A DNA stretch of 64,000 bases, from the NCBI GenBank assembly GCA_043747615.1, contig JAYTOU010000031.1:1-64000 (forward strand), given 5' to 3'. Made by a program: the position numbers and the translations under genes. The DNA comes from Myxococcales bacterium (GTDB lineage Bacteria > Myxococcota_A > Polyangia > Polyangiales > Polyangiaceae). The notes under the pieces are model-generated. The model saw nothing but the letters and a program-made list of their open reading frames with translations. It was not told where the DNA came from and made no database searches. Shown piece after piece: positions 18,050-27,078 of this stretch (positions are counted from its first letter, which is position 1; the number at the start of each line of letters is the position of its first letter).

Positions 18050-18663
18050 CCACGAGCTCGGATCATCACGTCGGACTCGCGCGCTGCTCGCTCGATCGCT
18101 GCGACCGCTTCCTGCCGCGCTTTCGTCTCGAGGTGATCGCTGCGCCGCGCGGTCATGCTCGTCGAGCGCGTGTAGACGTACGTTTTGCTTTCATCGAGGT
18201 GGGAAGAAAAGATCTGCGGCGCAGGGAGGGTGATACTCGCCACCTTCGACGTCGGATCGACCGATACGTCGCCCTCCTCCATCTTCGACAGATCCACACC
18301 GACCACGACGTCTCCGGTGGCCACGAGGAGGATGGCGTCGGTCGCCTCGATCAACCCGAAGAATTGGCTCTGTTTGTCGCTGAGGTCGATCACTTTCTCG
18401 AGGTGAAGCTCGTTCGTCTCGAGGCGGGCCACGTCTCGGATCGCGACGAGCAAGGTGGCCGACGGACGAACAGAGAGCGTCGAGATCGATGGGGTCGGCG
18501 GCTGCCAAGTCGCTACGTACACGGCCGTCCCGAAGGCAGCGATGCCCGCGATGACGAGCATCGGCCACAGGGGCAACCCCGCCGGCGGCCTCGTTCCGCG
18601 CGGATCGCTAGCACCTCCGGGTCTCGCATCTCCGGGTAATGCGGACGGCGAGGATTCGGCCAT
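17977..18663 (-). CDS. DUF4230 family membrane-anchored protein
   Basis: N-terminal TM helix, LLVATGDVVVGVDLSK, ITLPAPQI, ARGQAEKEL; real start at MAESS (18663). Confidence 0.8.
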   Translation of the reverse strand: MAESSPSALPGDARPGGASDPRGTRPPAGLPLWPMLVIAGIAAFGTAVYVATWQPPTPSISTLSVRPSATLLVAIRDVARLETNELHLEKVIDLSDKQSQFFGLIEATDAILLVATGDVVVGVDLSKMEEGDVSVDPTSKVASITLPAPQIFSSHLDESKTYVYTRSTSMTARRSDHLETKARQEAVAAIERAARESDVMIRARGQAEKELRSLAMGLGASSVVVTWK

Positions 18664-18717
18664 TCCCAATGATAGCGCGTCCCGCGTCGCCCGCGGGTGG
18701 CGTACACTCGGCGCCCC

Positions 18718-19188
18718 ATGAAAAAGGCTCTCGTTCTCCTCGTTGCGCTCACAGCGTGTCGTGACGACGCGCCGACGCCTGCGACGATCCCCGTGCCCAC
18801 CACGCCGACCGCGAGCGCGACCGCCAGTGCGCCGCCCGTCGCGGCAACCCCACCTGCAGAGCTGGTGACGGTGGTGGCCCAGCACGTCCTCGTCGCATAC
18901 CGGGGCGCCGAGCGCGCACCCAAAGCGGTGAGTCGGTCGAAGGCCGACGCGAAGAAACGCGCAGAAGAGGTCGTTGCCAAAGCGAAGGCCGGCGAGGACT
19001 TCACGGCGCTCGTGGCGGCGTACTCGGACGATCCCGCGGCCAAAGAGCGGCTCGGGAGCGTCGGGAAATTCAAGCGCGACGCCATGGCGAAAGCCTTCAG
19101 CGACGCCGCTTTTGCTCTCAACGTCGACGAAGTCAGCCCCGTCGTGGAGACGCCTTTTGGCTTCCACGTGATCAAACGAAACCAGTGA
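18718..19188 (+). CDS. Parvulin-type peptidyl-prolyl isomerase lipoprotein
   Basis: Lipobox LTAC, HVLVAY, YSDDP, FSDAAFAL, ETPFGFHVIKR. Confidence 0.92.
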   Translation: MKKALVLLVALTACRDDAPTPATIPVPTTPTASATASAPPVAATPPAELVTVVAQHVLVAYRGAERAPKAVSRSKADAKKRAEEVVAKAKAGEDFTALVAAYSDDPAAKERLGSVGKFKRDAMAKAFSDAAFALNVDEVSPVVETPFGFHVIKRNQ

Positions 19189-19274
19189 ACCGGAGCCTCC
19201 GTCGCGCCGCGGCGCGATAAGTTGACCATTCCCTAGCCTCGCGTCAGTGTCGGGGCACACTAGGGAAGTCTGAC

Positions 19275-20060
19275 ATGTGCCGCTTGCTTGGAATCGTTGC
19301 GTCGGAGCCGACCGAATTTCGCCTCGTGCTCCGGGAGGTGCCCAGGAGCCTGGCGGCCCTCTCCCGTGAGCATCCCGATGGGTGGGGCCTTGCCATCTAC
19401 GACGCGCACGACTGGAAGCTTCACAAAGGAGTGGCCTGCGCGACCGAGGACGCAGACTTTCATCGGCGCGCCGTCGGCAGCCGCGGCGAAGTCCTCATTT
19501 CCCACGTGCGGCGAAAGACCGTGGGAGAGACGTCACTCGACAATACCCACCCCTTCGAGAGCAACGGCTGGGTGTTCGCCCACAACGGCACGATCACCGA
19601 CACCGCATACTTGCGCGAGCGCGCCTCCGAGACGCGGTCTCGGGCCATGCGTGGGCAGACGGACAGCGAGCTCTTTTTTGCCTACGTCCTTTCGCGCTTC
19701 GATCAAGCCGGCGTCACCCGCGCCGGCGAAGAGACCGACGCCGTCGTGCGCGACGTGGTCAAGGAAGCGTGGGCCCGACCGAACTTCGGAGCGTTCAATT
19801 TTCTCCTCTCCGACGGCCACGTTACCTACGCCCACCGCTTCGGGCGCGGCCTTTTTCTCCTCGAACGCGGCCCCCACGACCAAGTGCGGAGGGAGCGCGC
19901 GAGCGAGGACGGCTCGGTGGTGGAGACCCCATGGTCGCAGCGGCGGCAAGCCGTCTTCATCGCCTCCGAGCGGATGACCGACGAGCCGTGGATGGAGATC
20001 GATGACCGCACGCTCCTGCGCCTCGATCGCTCGCCGTGCCCCCGGTGGCGCAGATTGTAA
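19275..20060 (+). CDS. Class II glutamine amidotransferase (YafJ/EgtC-like)
   Basis: N-terminal MCRLLG, HPDGWG, NTHPF, HNG, TDSE. Confidence 0.9.
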   Translation: MCRLLGIVASEPTEFRLVLREVPRSLAALSREHPDGWGLAIYDAHDWKLHKGVACATEDADFHRRAVGSRGEVLISHVRRKTVGETSLDNTHPFESNGWVFAHNGTITDTAYLRERASETRSRAMRGQTDSELFFAYVLSRFDQAGVTRAGEETDAVVRDVVKEAWARPNFGAFNFLLSDGHVTYAHRFGRGLFLLERGPHDQVRRERASEDGSVVETPWSQRRQAVFIASERMTDEPWMEIDDRTLLRLDRSPCPRWRRL

Positions 20061-20093
20061 CGACGGCGCCAAACGTGGCATACCGCGCCGCAG

Positions 20094-21716
20094 ATGATTC
20101 GCCTCGACAACATCGGCAAGCAGCACGGGCAGAAGATCCTTTTTCTCGAGGCCTCGGCCTCGCTCAATCGCGGGGAGAAGGCCGGGCTCGTCGGCTGCAA
20201 CGGCTCGGGGAAGACCACCATCTTTCGAATGATCGTGCGCGAGGAGCAGCCCGACACGGGGCAGGTGGCGGTCGATCGCGGCGTCACCATCGGTTACTTC
20301 AGCCAGGACGTGGGGGACATGAGCGGTCGCCCCGTGGTCGCCGAGGTGATGGCCGGCGCTGGCAAGGTGGCCGAGGCCGCCGCCGAATTGGCCGAGCTCG
20401 AGCACGCCCTCGCCGATCCCGAGCGGATGGACGAGATGGAAGATCTCATCGAGCGCTTCGGTACCGCCCAAGCCCGCTTCGACGAGCTCGGTGGCTACGC
20501 CCTCGACGCGCGCGCCCGCGAAATTCTAGCTGGATTGGGCTTCTCTCAAGAGATGATGGACGGCGACGTCGGCGCCCTCTCCGGCGGCTGGAAGATGCGC
20601 GTGGCGCTCTCCCGCATTCTTCTCATGCGTCCCGACGCACTTCTCCTCGACGAGCCGACGAACCATCTCGACATCGAGTCCATCATCTGGCTCGAGAATT
20701 ATTTGAAGACGTACGAAGGCGCTCTCCTCATGACGTCGCACGATCGCGAGTTCACCAACCGCATCGTCTCGAAAATCGTGGAGATCGACGGCGGGGACAT
20801 CACGACCTACGGCGGCAACTACGATTTCTACGAGCATCAGCGGTCTCTCAACGAGAAGCAGGCCGAGGCGCAGTACGACCGACAGCAGGCCATGCTCGCG
20901 AAGGAGGCGCGCTTCATCGATCGCTTCAAGACCCACGCTGCCAAGGCCGCGCAGGTGCAGTCGCGCGTGAAGAAGCTCGACAAGATCGAGAAGCTCGAGC
21001 CGCCGGTGCGCCGAAAAGTCGTCGACTTCGATTTTCGTCCGGCTCCCCGCTCCGGAGACGACGTGGCCAACCTCGCCGGCGTGGCCAAGGCCTACGGAAA
21101 GCACGTCATCTACGACAAGCTCGATCTTCTCATTCGTCGCAAAGAGCGTTGGTGCGTGATGGGCGTGAACGGCGCGGGAAAATCCACGCTCCTCAAGCTC
21201 GTCGCCGGAAATACCACCCCCGACGACGGCAAGGTTTCCATCGGCGCGAGCGTGAAGATGGGGTACTTCGCGCAGCACGCGATGGAGCTTCTCGACCCGT
21301 CGCAGACCGTGTGGGACACGCTCGTCTACGCCTTTCCGCACGCCTCGATCGGCTCTCTGCGCTCGCTCGCCGGGTGCTTCGGATTCTCAGGCGACGAAAT
21401 CGAAAAGCCCTGCCGGATCCTGTCGGGAGGTGAGAAGGCGCGCCTCGTCCTCGCCAAGATGCTCTACGATCCGCCGAATTTTTTGGTGCTCGACGAGCCG
21501 ACCAACCATCTCGACATCGCCACGAAAGAGATGCTCGTGACCGCCCTCACCAACTTCGAGGGGACGATGCTCTTCGTCTCCCACGACCGGCAATTTCTCT
21601 CCGGTCTGTCGAACCGCGTCCTCGAGCTCACCCCCGAAGGGCCGCACCTCTACGGGGGCGGCTATACGGAGTACGTCGCTCGAAGCGGTCACGAAGCGCC
21701 GGGAATTCGGCTCTAA
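20094..21716 (+). CDS. ABC-F family ATPase
   Basis: Two nucleotide-binding domains (GCNGSGKT, LSGG, DEPTNHLD; GVNGAGKS, LSGGE, DEPTNHLD) and no TM segments. Confidence 0.95.
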   Translation: MIRLDNIGKQHGQKILFLEASASLNRGEKAGLVGCNGSGKTTIFRMIVREEQPDTGQVAVDRGVTIGYFSQDVGDMSGRPVVAEVMAGAGKVAEAAAELAELEHALADPERMDEMEDLIERFGTAQARFDELGGYALDARAREILAGLGFSQEMMDGDVGALSGGWKMRVALSRILLMRPDALLLDEPTNHLDIESIIWLENYLKTYEGALLMTSHDREFTNRIVSKIVEIDGGDITTYGGNYDFYEHQRSLNEKQAEAQYDRQQAMLAKEARFIDRFKTHAAKAAQVQSRVKKLDKIEKLEPPVRRKVVDFDFRPAPRSGDDVANLAGVAKAYGKHVIYDKLDLLIRRKERWCVMGVNGAGKSTLLKLVAGNTTPDDGKVSIGASVKMGYFAQHAMELLDPSQTVWDTLVYAFPHASIGSLRSLAGCFGFSGDEIEKPCRILSGGEKARLVLAKMLYDPPNFLVLDEPTNHLDIATKEMLVTALTNFEGTMLFVSHDRQFLSGLSNRVLELTPEGPHLYGGGYTEYVARSGHEAPGIRL

Positions 21717-21738
21717 CGGCTGGCCCTGCCCGAGAGGT

Positions 21739-22695
21739 TTAGAACTTCCCGCTGAAGATCGGGATGGTCTGGACAGCGCCGCCAACCGGCAAGGCGCCCA
21801 TGTCGCGGGCTTCGCGAAAGACCGGGCTCTTCTTGTAGTTGTCGGCGACGCGCTGAACGCCGACCCACGCGGCTTTACGCCCGTCGACGCCCTGCACGGT
21901 GGAGGTGTGCCCGTTCGACGACACGAGCACGATGCCGATGACGATGCCTGCCGCGCCGCCGCCGAGCATCGACCAGCCGACGATCTTCGCCGTTCCGGTG
22001 TCGGCGTTCGTGGAGCAGTTGTTGTACGTGCCGCTCGTGGTGCAGCTGGATTGGCTGGAGTCGATGGCTGCGACCACGAGAAGCGTGAGGCCGCCGATCA
22101 CGAAGGCCGGTGCGCCGAGCGAGATGAGCACGATGCCGCCGGTGAAGCCGCCTTTGGATGCGGGATCGATGGTGACGATGATGTGATCGCCCGGCTTGCC
22201 CGCGAGGCGAAAGATGCCCGATCGCCGAATGCCGCCGCCGCTGACGCGGTAGTTCGAGTCGAGGTCGAGAGCGAGATCGCACGGGGCGTTGCAGACGGTG
22301 ACCCATTGACCGCCGTATTGCCGCTCGAGGACGATCTCTTGGTCGCCCTCCATGTGAACGGTGGCTTTTCCGAGGGCCGCCGGAGCCGCCGGGGCCTGCA
22401 CGACAACGGTGTTTGCCTGAGGGGCTTGCTGCGTCTGAACGGTGACGCCGCCGCGCTCGATGTGGTGAATCACATCCCAGCGCACCGTGGCGGTCTGGCC
22501 GGAGGGGAGCTGCACGGTCGCGTGATCGCCCGGCAGGACCTCGATCAAGGTGCCTTTGATCGAGCCGCCGTCTTTGAGGACGACGTTGTCGCTCGGAGCG
22601 GGCTGCTGGGCCATTGCGGGGCCAGCGACGGTGAGCACGTGCAGCGCGGCGGCGACGGCCGCGGCGCAGGAAGTCGAACGTTTAAGGGTAAGCAT
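21739..22695 (-). CDS. Exported hypothetical protein with C-terminal hydrophobic segments
   Basis: Signal peptide ending AMA, VVLKDGGSIKG, CNAPC, two Gly-rich hydrophobic stretches. Confidence 0.7.
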   Translation of the reverse strand: MLTLKRSTSCAAAVAAALHVLTVAGPAMAQQPAPSDNVVLKDGGSIKGTLIEVLPGDHATVQLPSGQTATVRWDVIHHIERGGVTVQTQQAPQANTVVVQAPAAPAALGKATVHMEGDQEIVLERQYGGQWVTVCNAPCDLALDLDSNYRVSGGGIRRSGIFRLAGKPGDHIIVTIDPASKGGFTGGIVLISLGAPAFVIGGLTLLVVAAIDSSQSSCTTSGTYNNCSTNADTGTAKIVGWSMLGGGAAGIVIGIVLVSSNGHTSTVQGVDGRKAAWVGVQRVADNYKKSPVFREARDMGALPVGGAVQTIPIFSGKF

Positions 22696-22701
22696 CCGCC
22701 T

Positions 22702-22730
22702 AGGATACACCCCGTTCAATTCTCCTTCAA
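22702..22730 (-). promoter_or_regulatory. sigma70-like promoter TTGAAG-N17-TATCCT
   Basis: Read on the minus strand; -10 lies 6 nt before ATG 22695. Confidence 0.55.
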
Positions 22731-22801
22731 TTCGCCGTCAACTTGGCTCAGGTCGGCTTCAACTTGGCTTCAGGTCGGCTTCAGGTCGGCTTCAGGTCAA
22801 C
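22715..22801. repeat. Array of eight ~11-bp direct repeats with TTCA core
   Basis: TTCAATTCTCC TTCAATTCGCC GTCAACTTGGC TCAGGTCGGC TTCAACTTGGC TTCAGGTCGGC TTCAGGTCGGC TTCAGGTCAAC. Confidence 0.85.
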
Positions 22802-24127
22802 GGCCAAGCGCGTCCGTCCGATCAAGAACTCATCGCCATGAATCAGCTCGGCCTCGCCCTGGAGGCGCACGAACACGCCGGTGCGTGAATCGAGATCGGT
22901 GAGAACGATGACACCTGCCTGCTCCTCGAGGACGCAGTGCTGGCTCGAGACGAGAGGATCGCCGGCGATGACCAGATCGCCCACGGCCGAGCCGATCTGC
23001 ACCATGCCGCCGCGGGATACCGCGCACGCGCCCAGCCCGCCTTTTTCGAAGATCTGCGTCACGCGAAACGCGGAAGGCCACTTCGGCGACGAGTAGAAAT
23101 AGGTGGGGCCGGGATCGGGCTCGTCATCGGCGTCGGGATTTTTTTCGACGCGAAAGAGCTGATCACCGAGGATGAACTCGTCTCCCATGGCGAGCTCGAC
23201 GCGGGTCCGCATCCGCAAGAACGCGCCATTGCCGCCGTCGAAATCCTCCAGCCATAGGCGCCCGTCTCGCCAGCGAATGGCGGCCTCGCGCGGATGGCAG
23301 AAGCGCTCGCCGGGCAGAGAGACTTCGCCCTGGGAGCCAAGGATGGCTTCGTCCTCGGCGAGCGCGTAGCTCGGCGGCCCGCCGGTGAGGCTGCGCTGCA
23401 CCGTGAGGAGGCAGCGCGTCTTTTTCGTTATGGAGACGGGCGGCGGCGGGGCGACCGAGGGCGAAGACACCTCACCCTTTTTCTTCCGCGTCATCGCCTT
23501 CACGTCGTTGTCGGGCGGTGCCTCGAGGACGCTCATCCCGCCGCGGGCGCGCCCAGCGACGATCTCGTCGAAGCGCCCGGACCGCAGGGCGAGGAGCATT
23601 TCCATCTGCTGCCCCTTCATGAGGGCGCGCACGTAGTGGGCGACGTCGGTCCGGTGCACTTCGGCCGCGTAGATCCGTTTGTGGCTCTTGATGACCCGAC
23701 CGCCGTCGGCGAAGAGATGGGTGATGATGTGAGGCTTGTCGAGCCCCGAGTCTTCGGTCTGAACGTGGAAGACTTGATCCTTGTACTTTACATTGTTGTT
23801 GAAGCCGACTTGCGCGCGGCGAAAGCTGGCCGGGGCCATCTCACGACCGAAGCGAGCGAGCTCGGCTTCGTTGAAGCGAAGGATGGCCGCGTCGAGGATC
23901 GCGTGATCCGTTCCGGGGATGCCCTCCATGCGCTCGAACGCCATGCGGGCGATGGGAGACCCAGGGTCGAGGCGGATCGCTTCGGCGAGAACCGCCTGGC
24001 CGGAAGCATCGTTCGGGCCAGCTGCCGCGAGCGCGCAAAGGATATCGACAGCGTCGGGAGTCTTACCGCGCTCGACCAACCACTTCGCGATGCGGGACGC
24101 GGATTCGCGCGCCTGTTCGTTTCCCAT
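22781..24127 (-). CDS. Double FHA-domain protein with N-terminal helical region
   Basis: FHA-like LEDFDGGNGAF and VSSQH..LTDLDSRTGVF; GFNNNVKYKDQVFHVQTEDSG module; start at MGNEQ. Confidence 0.8.
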   Translation of the reverse strand: MGNEQARESASRIAKWLVERGKTPDAVDILCALAAAGPNDASGQAVLAEAIRLDPGSPIARMAFERMEGIPGTDHAILDAAILRFNEAELARFGREMAPASFRRAQVGFNNNVKYKDQVFHVQTEDSGLDKPHIITHLFADGGRVIKSHKRIYAAEVHRTDVAHYVRALMKGQQMEMLLALRSGRFDEIVAGRARGGMSVLEAPPDNDVKAMTRKKKGEVSSPSVAPPPPVSITKKTRCLLTVQRSLTGGPPSYALAEDEAILGSQGEVSLPGERFCHPREAAIRWRDGRLWLEDFDGGNGAFLRMRTRVELAMGDEFILGDQLFRVEKNPDADDEPDPGPTYFYSSPKWPSAFRVTQIFEKGGLGACAVSRGGMVQIGSAVGDLVIAGDPLVSSQHCVLEEQAGVIVLTDLDSRTGVFVRLQGEAELIHGDEFLIGRTRLAVDLKPT

Positions 24128-24165
24128 CCGTGCCACGATGATACCGGGAGTGGACGGGAAGTCTC

Positions 24166-25191
24166 TTACGGATTTTGCGGAACGACCGGCCCCGCTAGCT
24201 TGACCACTTCGAAGGCGCTCGCCGGCACCACCTTCAAGGGCGTGATGTCGTCGTCGGTCCACGCTGCCCTTGCCGAAGACGCTTCGCCCGACAGGAACCA
24301 ATCAGAGCCGTTGTCCGCGAGGAACATCCCGTAGGTCTTGAGCGCGGTCACCACCGCCTTGGACGGACCCGTGAACTTCGATGTGTCGAAGCTTGCCTTG
24401 AGACGCAGGCGGAGCCCCATCGGCGGGGTGTTCGGATCTGTGATGCTGCTCGCGCCGTGGGTCGCGGGGTGCACGAACGCATTCTGGGTGCGGCTCATCG
24501 TGAAGCGGAGGGCGTGCTTGATGACGCCAGTTTTGACAGCCTCGTCCATCCGCACCAAGCCCGGGAAAATCGGCAGCCCCGCTGCGTCGGCCGACGTCCA
24601 CTGATCGGGTCGAAGAGCGTTGGACTTGAGATCGTAGACCGCGCCCGAGTCGGCTTTCCACGACGAGGTCATGGGACGGGCCGCATAGAGCTCGTAGAGC
24701 TTGCACGCGTCTTTGTCGATCGCGATGACGTGACGATCGCCCGTCGGATCGGTGGTCCCCTCGATCGGAGCGGTGAGGGGGATCGGGTACGGCCCGGGAT
24801 CGCTTTCGCTGACGTAGGTGAAGTCGACGGCGACCTTCGCCTCCGTCGTCGGAACGATGATGAAGGGGATGCCGTAGGTGAAGTCCGAGCCGAAATCGGG
24901 GTGCAGCATCCGCGTTCCAGACTGATTCATTTCGCTCAAGTACGCGTCGGAGTTCGGGTCCACGGGCAACTGCGAGATGTCCTCGTTCCACGGGTTGTCG
25001 GCCGGAAAGATGCCGCAGCCTTTCGCAAGGGAGCCGCCGAGCATGACCATCCCGCCGCCGCCGCCGCTGCCTCCACCCGCGCCGCCCTCAGCACTAGGGT
25101 TCGCAGGATCGGTTGGGCTGTCGCCGCAGCCAACACCGAGAACGAGGGGAAATAAGAGAAAAATGTTGGCTCGTCGCACGTGATTCCTCAT
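24166..25191 (-). CDS. Conserved hypothetical lipoprotein
   Basis: Lipobox LGVGC, FPADNPWN, ESDPGPYPIP, WTSADAAGLP, YGMFLADNGS. Confidence 0.8.
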   Translation of the reverse strand: MRNHVRRANIFLLFPLVLGVGCGDSPTDPANPSAEGGAGGGSGGGGGMVMLGGSLAKGCGIFPADNPWNEDISQLPVDPNSDAYLSEMNQSGTRMLHPDFGSDFTYGIPFIIVPTTEAKVAVDFTYVSESDPGPYPIPLTAPIEGTTDPTGDRHVIAIDKDACKLYELYAARPMTSSWKADSGAVYDLKSNALRPDQWTSADAAGLPIFPGLVRMDEAVKTGVIKHALRFTMSRTQNAFVHPATHGASSITDPNTPPMGLRLRLKASFDTSKFTGPSKAVVTALKTYGMFLADNGSDWFLSGEASSARAAWTDDDITPLKVVPASAFEVVKLAGPVVPQNP

Positions 25192-25252
25192 GGAGCGGAG
25201 TCGAAATGGTAGCCGATCTTTCGTTATAGCCCAACTGCTATGCTGGCGCGCG

Positions 25253-26944
25253 ATGATGACATTCAGCGCCGATCCCATGCTCGCCGAGCAGCAAATGCAC
25301 GCGATCATCTTTTACCTGACGACGTTCGGGTACATCGACGGAGACTTTGATGCGGCGGAGAAGAACTTCGTTCGCACCTACATCAAGCAGCTCGTCTTCG
25401 AGCGCGCCGAGACCACGATGAAGGGCGGCGACCCAAAGGTGCGCGCCGAGGTAGTTGCAAAGTACACCGAACATTTCCACGAGGTCTTCGAGGGGATCGA
25501 CAAGCGCATTCAGGATCTCTTTAGCGAGCCCGTCGCCAAGGACGAAGACCCGAGCAACTTCGTCCACGCCAAGCTCAAGCTGAGATGCTTCGAGATTTTT
25601 CAGAGCTTCGATCCTCCCGGGCAAGAGCAGCTGATGGCCACGCTCGACGAGCTGATCATGGCGGACGGCGTGGCCCACCCCGCAGAGCTGCAGTTTCGGG
25701 GGGAGCTCGCGGCTCTCTTGGAAGCCGATCTCGACGTTGCCTTGGTGGAGGAAGACTCGCGCGCGTCGAACGTGCACGTCCGCGGCGTGGCGGTCGTGGC
25801 GTCGAGCGGCAACGTGCATCCTTTTTTCGAGCCGACCGAATTCCACTACTCGAGCGACCCCGAGATCATCGCCAAGCAGATGGCCGGAGATCTCGCCCTC
25901 ATCGATCGCGTGATCCACATCCTCGACGCGCAGCGGAAGAAGGGCGCGGGTAAGCTCGCCGGAAAATCGTCCGTCGCGGACTTCGTCGGGCAGGAGCCGT
26001 TTCTCGACGGGCACACCTACGTGCTGCCGCCGCGGCCGGAGCGCTCATACGACCTCACGGTCCTCGGGGACATTCACGGCTGCTACAGCGTGCTCAAGGC
26101 GACGCTCATCCAGTCGCGCTTCTTCGAGAAGGTGGACGCCTTCCGGAAGGACCCCAAGAGCAACCCCGAGCCGAAGCTCGTGCTCCTCGGGGACTACATC
26201 GATCGTGGTCTTTTCAGCCTGAACGGCGTGCTTCGTACAGTGCTCCAGCTCTTCGCCACCGCGCCCGATCACGTCTACGTGCTCCGCGGAAATCATGAGT
26301 ACTACGTCGAGTTCAAGGGGAGCATCTATGGCGGCGTGAAGCCTGCCGAGTCGATCAACACCCTGAAGCCGCACCTGCCGATCGACGTGTTTCGGAAGTA
26401 CGCGACGCTCTTCGAGGCGCTGCCGAACGTTCTGCTCTTCGATCGCTTCATGTTCGTGCACGGCGGTATCCCGCGCGACCGCCTCGTAAAAGAGCGCTGG
26501 AAGAATCTCGCGAGCATGAACGATCCGGATCTGCGCTTTCAGATGATGTGGAGCGATCCGAGCACGGCCGACGTGATCCCGGCCGAGCTGCAGGAGAAGT
26601 CGGCGCGATTTGCGTTCGGGAAACTGCAGCTCCGTGCGTTCCTCCAGCGGATCGGGTGCCACACCCTCATCCGCGGTCACGAAAAAGTGAACCGCGGCTT
26701 CGAGTGCGTCTACGACGACGAGGGGGCGCGCCTCTTCACGCTCTTCTCGGCGGGAGGACACGACAACGACGACCTGCCGCCGGAGAGCAGCTACCGCACG
26801 GTGACCCCGATGGCCCTCACCATCGCGCACGACGCGCGGGGGACCACGATCACCCCGTGGGCCCCCGACTACCGCTCGTACAACGATCCCGACCGAAACG
26901 CGTTTTTCAAAGTGCCGCCCGAGATTGCCTACCGCGCCGACTGA
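25253..26944 (+). CDS. TerB-like domain fused to a PPP-family Ser/Thr phosphatase
   Basis: TerB-like YIDGDFDAAE and MADGVAHPAE; GDIHG, GDYIDRG, RGNHE, HGG, WSDP, IRGHE, TLFSA. Confidence 0.85.
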   Translation: MMTFSADPMLAEQQMHAIIFYLTTFGYIDGDFDAAEKNFVRTYIKQLVFERAETTMKGGDPKVRAEVVAKYTEHFHEVFEGIDKRIQDLFSEPVAKDEDPSNFVHAKLKLRCFEIFQSFDPPGQEQLMATLDELIMADGVAHPAELQFRGELAALLEADLDVALVEEDSRASNVHVRGVAVVASSGNVHPFFEPTEFHYSSDPEIIAKQMAGDLALIDRVIHILDAQRKKGAGKLAGKSSVADFVGQEPFLDGHTYVLPPRPERSYDLTVLGDIHGCYSVLKATLIQSRFFEKVDAFRKDPKSNPEPKLVLLGDYIDRGLFSLNGVLRTVLQLFATAPDHVYVLRGNHEYYVEFKGSIYGGVKPAESINTLKPHLPIDVFRKYATLFEALPNVLLFDRFMFVHGGIPRDRLVKERWKNLASMNDPDLRFQMMWSDPSTADVIPAELQEKSARFAFGKLQLRAFLQRIGCHTLIRGHEKVNRGFECVYDDEGARLFTLFSAGGHDNDDLPPESSYRTVTPMALTIAHDARGTTITPWAPDYRSYNDPDRNAFFKVPPEIAYRAD

Positions 26945-27017
26945 AGGACTTTTCCGGAGCGAGGAGGCGATCCCCGTCGGCACGGGTATTTTCCGGTGGG
27001 CGAGCAACGGCACCCGA

Positions 27018-27059
27018 GCGCGCGTGCTCATGCTGCAATGAACGCAGCGACACGCGTGC
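27018..27059. terminator. Hairpin between convergent genes
   Basis: GCGCGCGTG...CACGCGTGC outer arms and GCTGC/GCAGC inner arms. Confidence 0.4.
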
Positions 27060-27078
27060 CCGGCCCCGTGGACGGCGG

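Noticed and set aside
22715..22801. Repeat array as a CRISPR
   Set aside because: The units are 11 bp and contiguous, with no unique spacers and no cas genes
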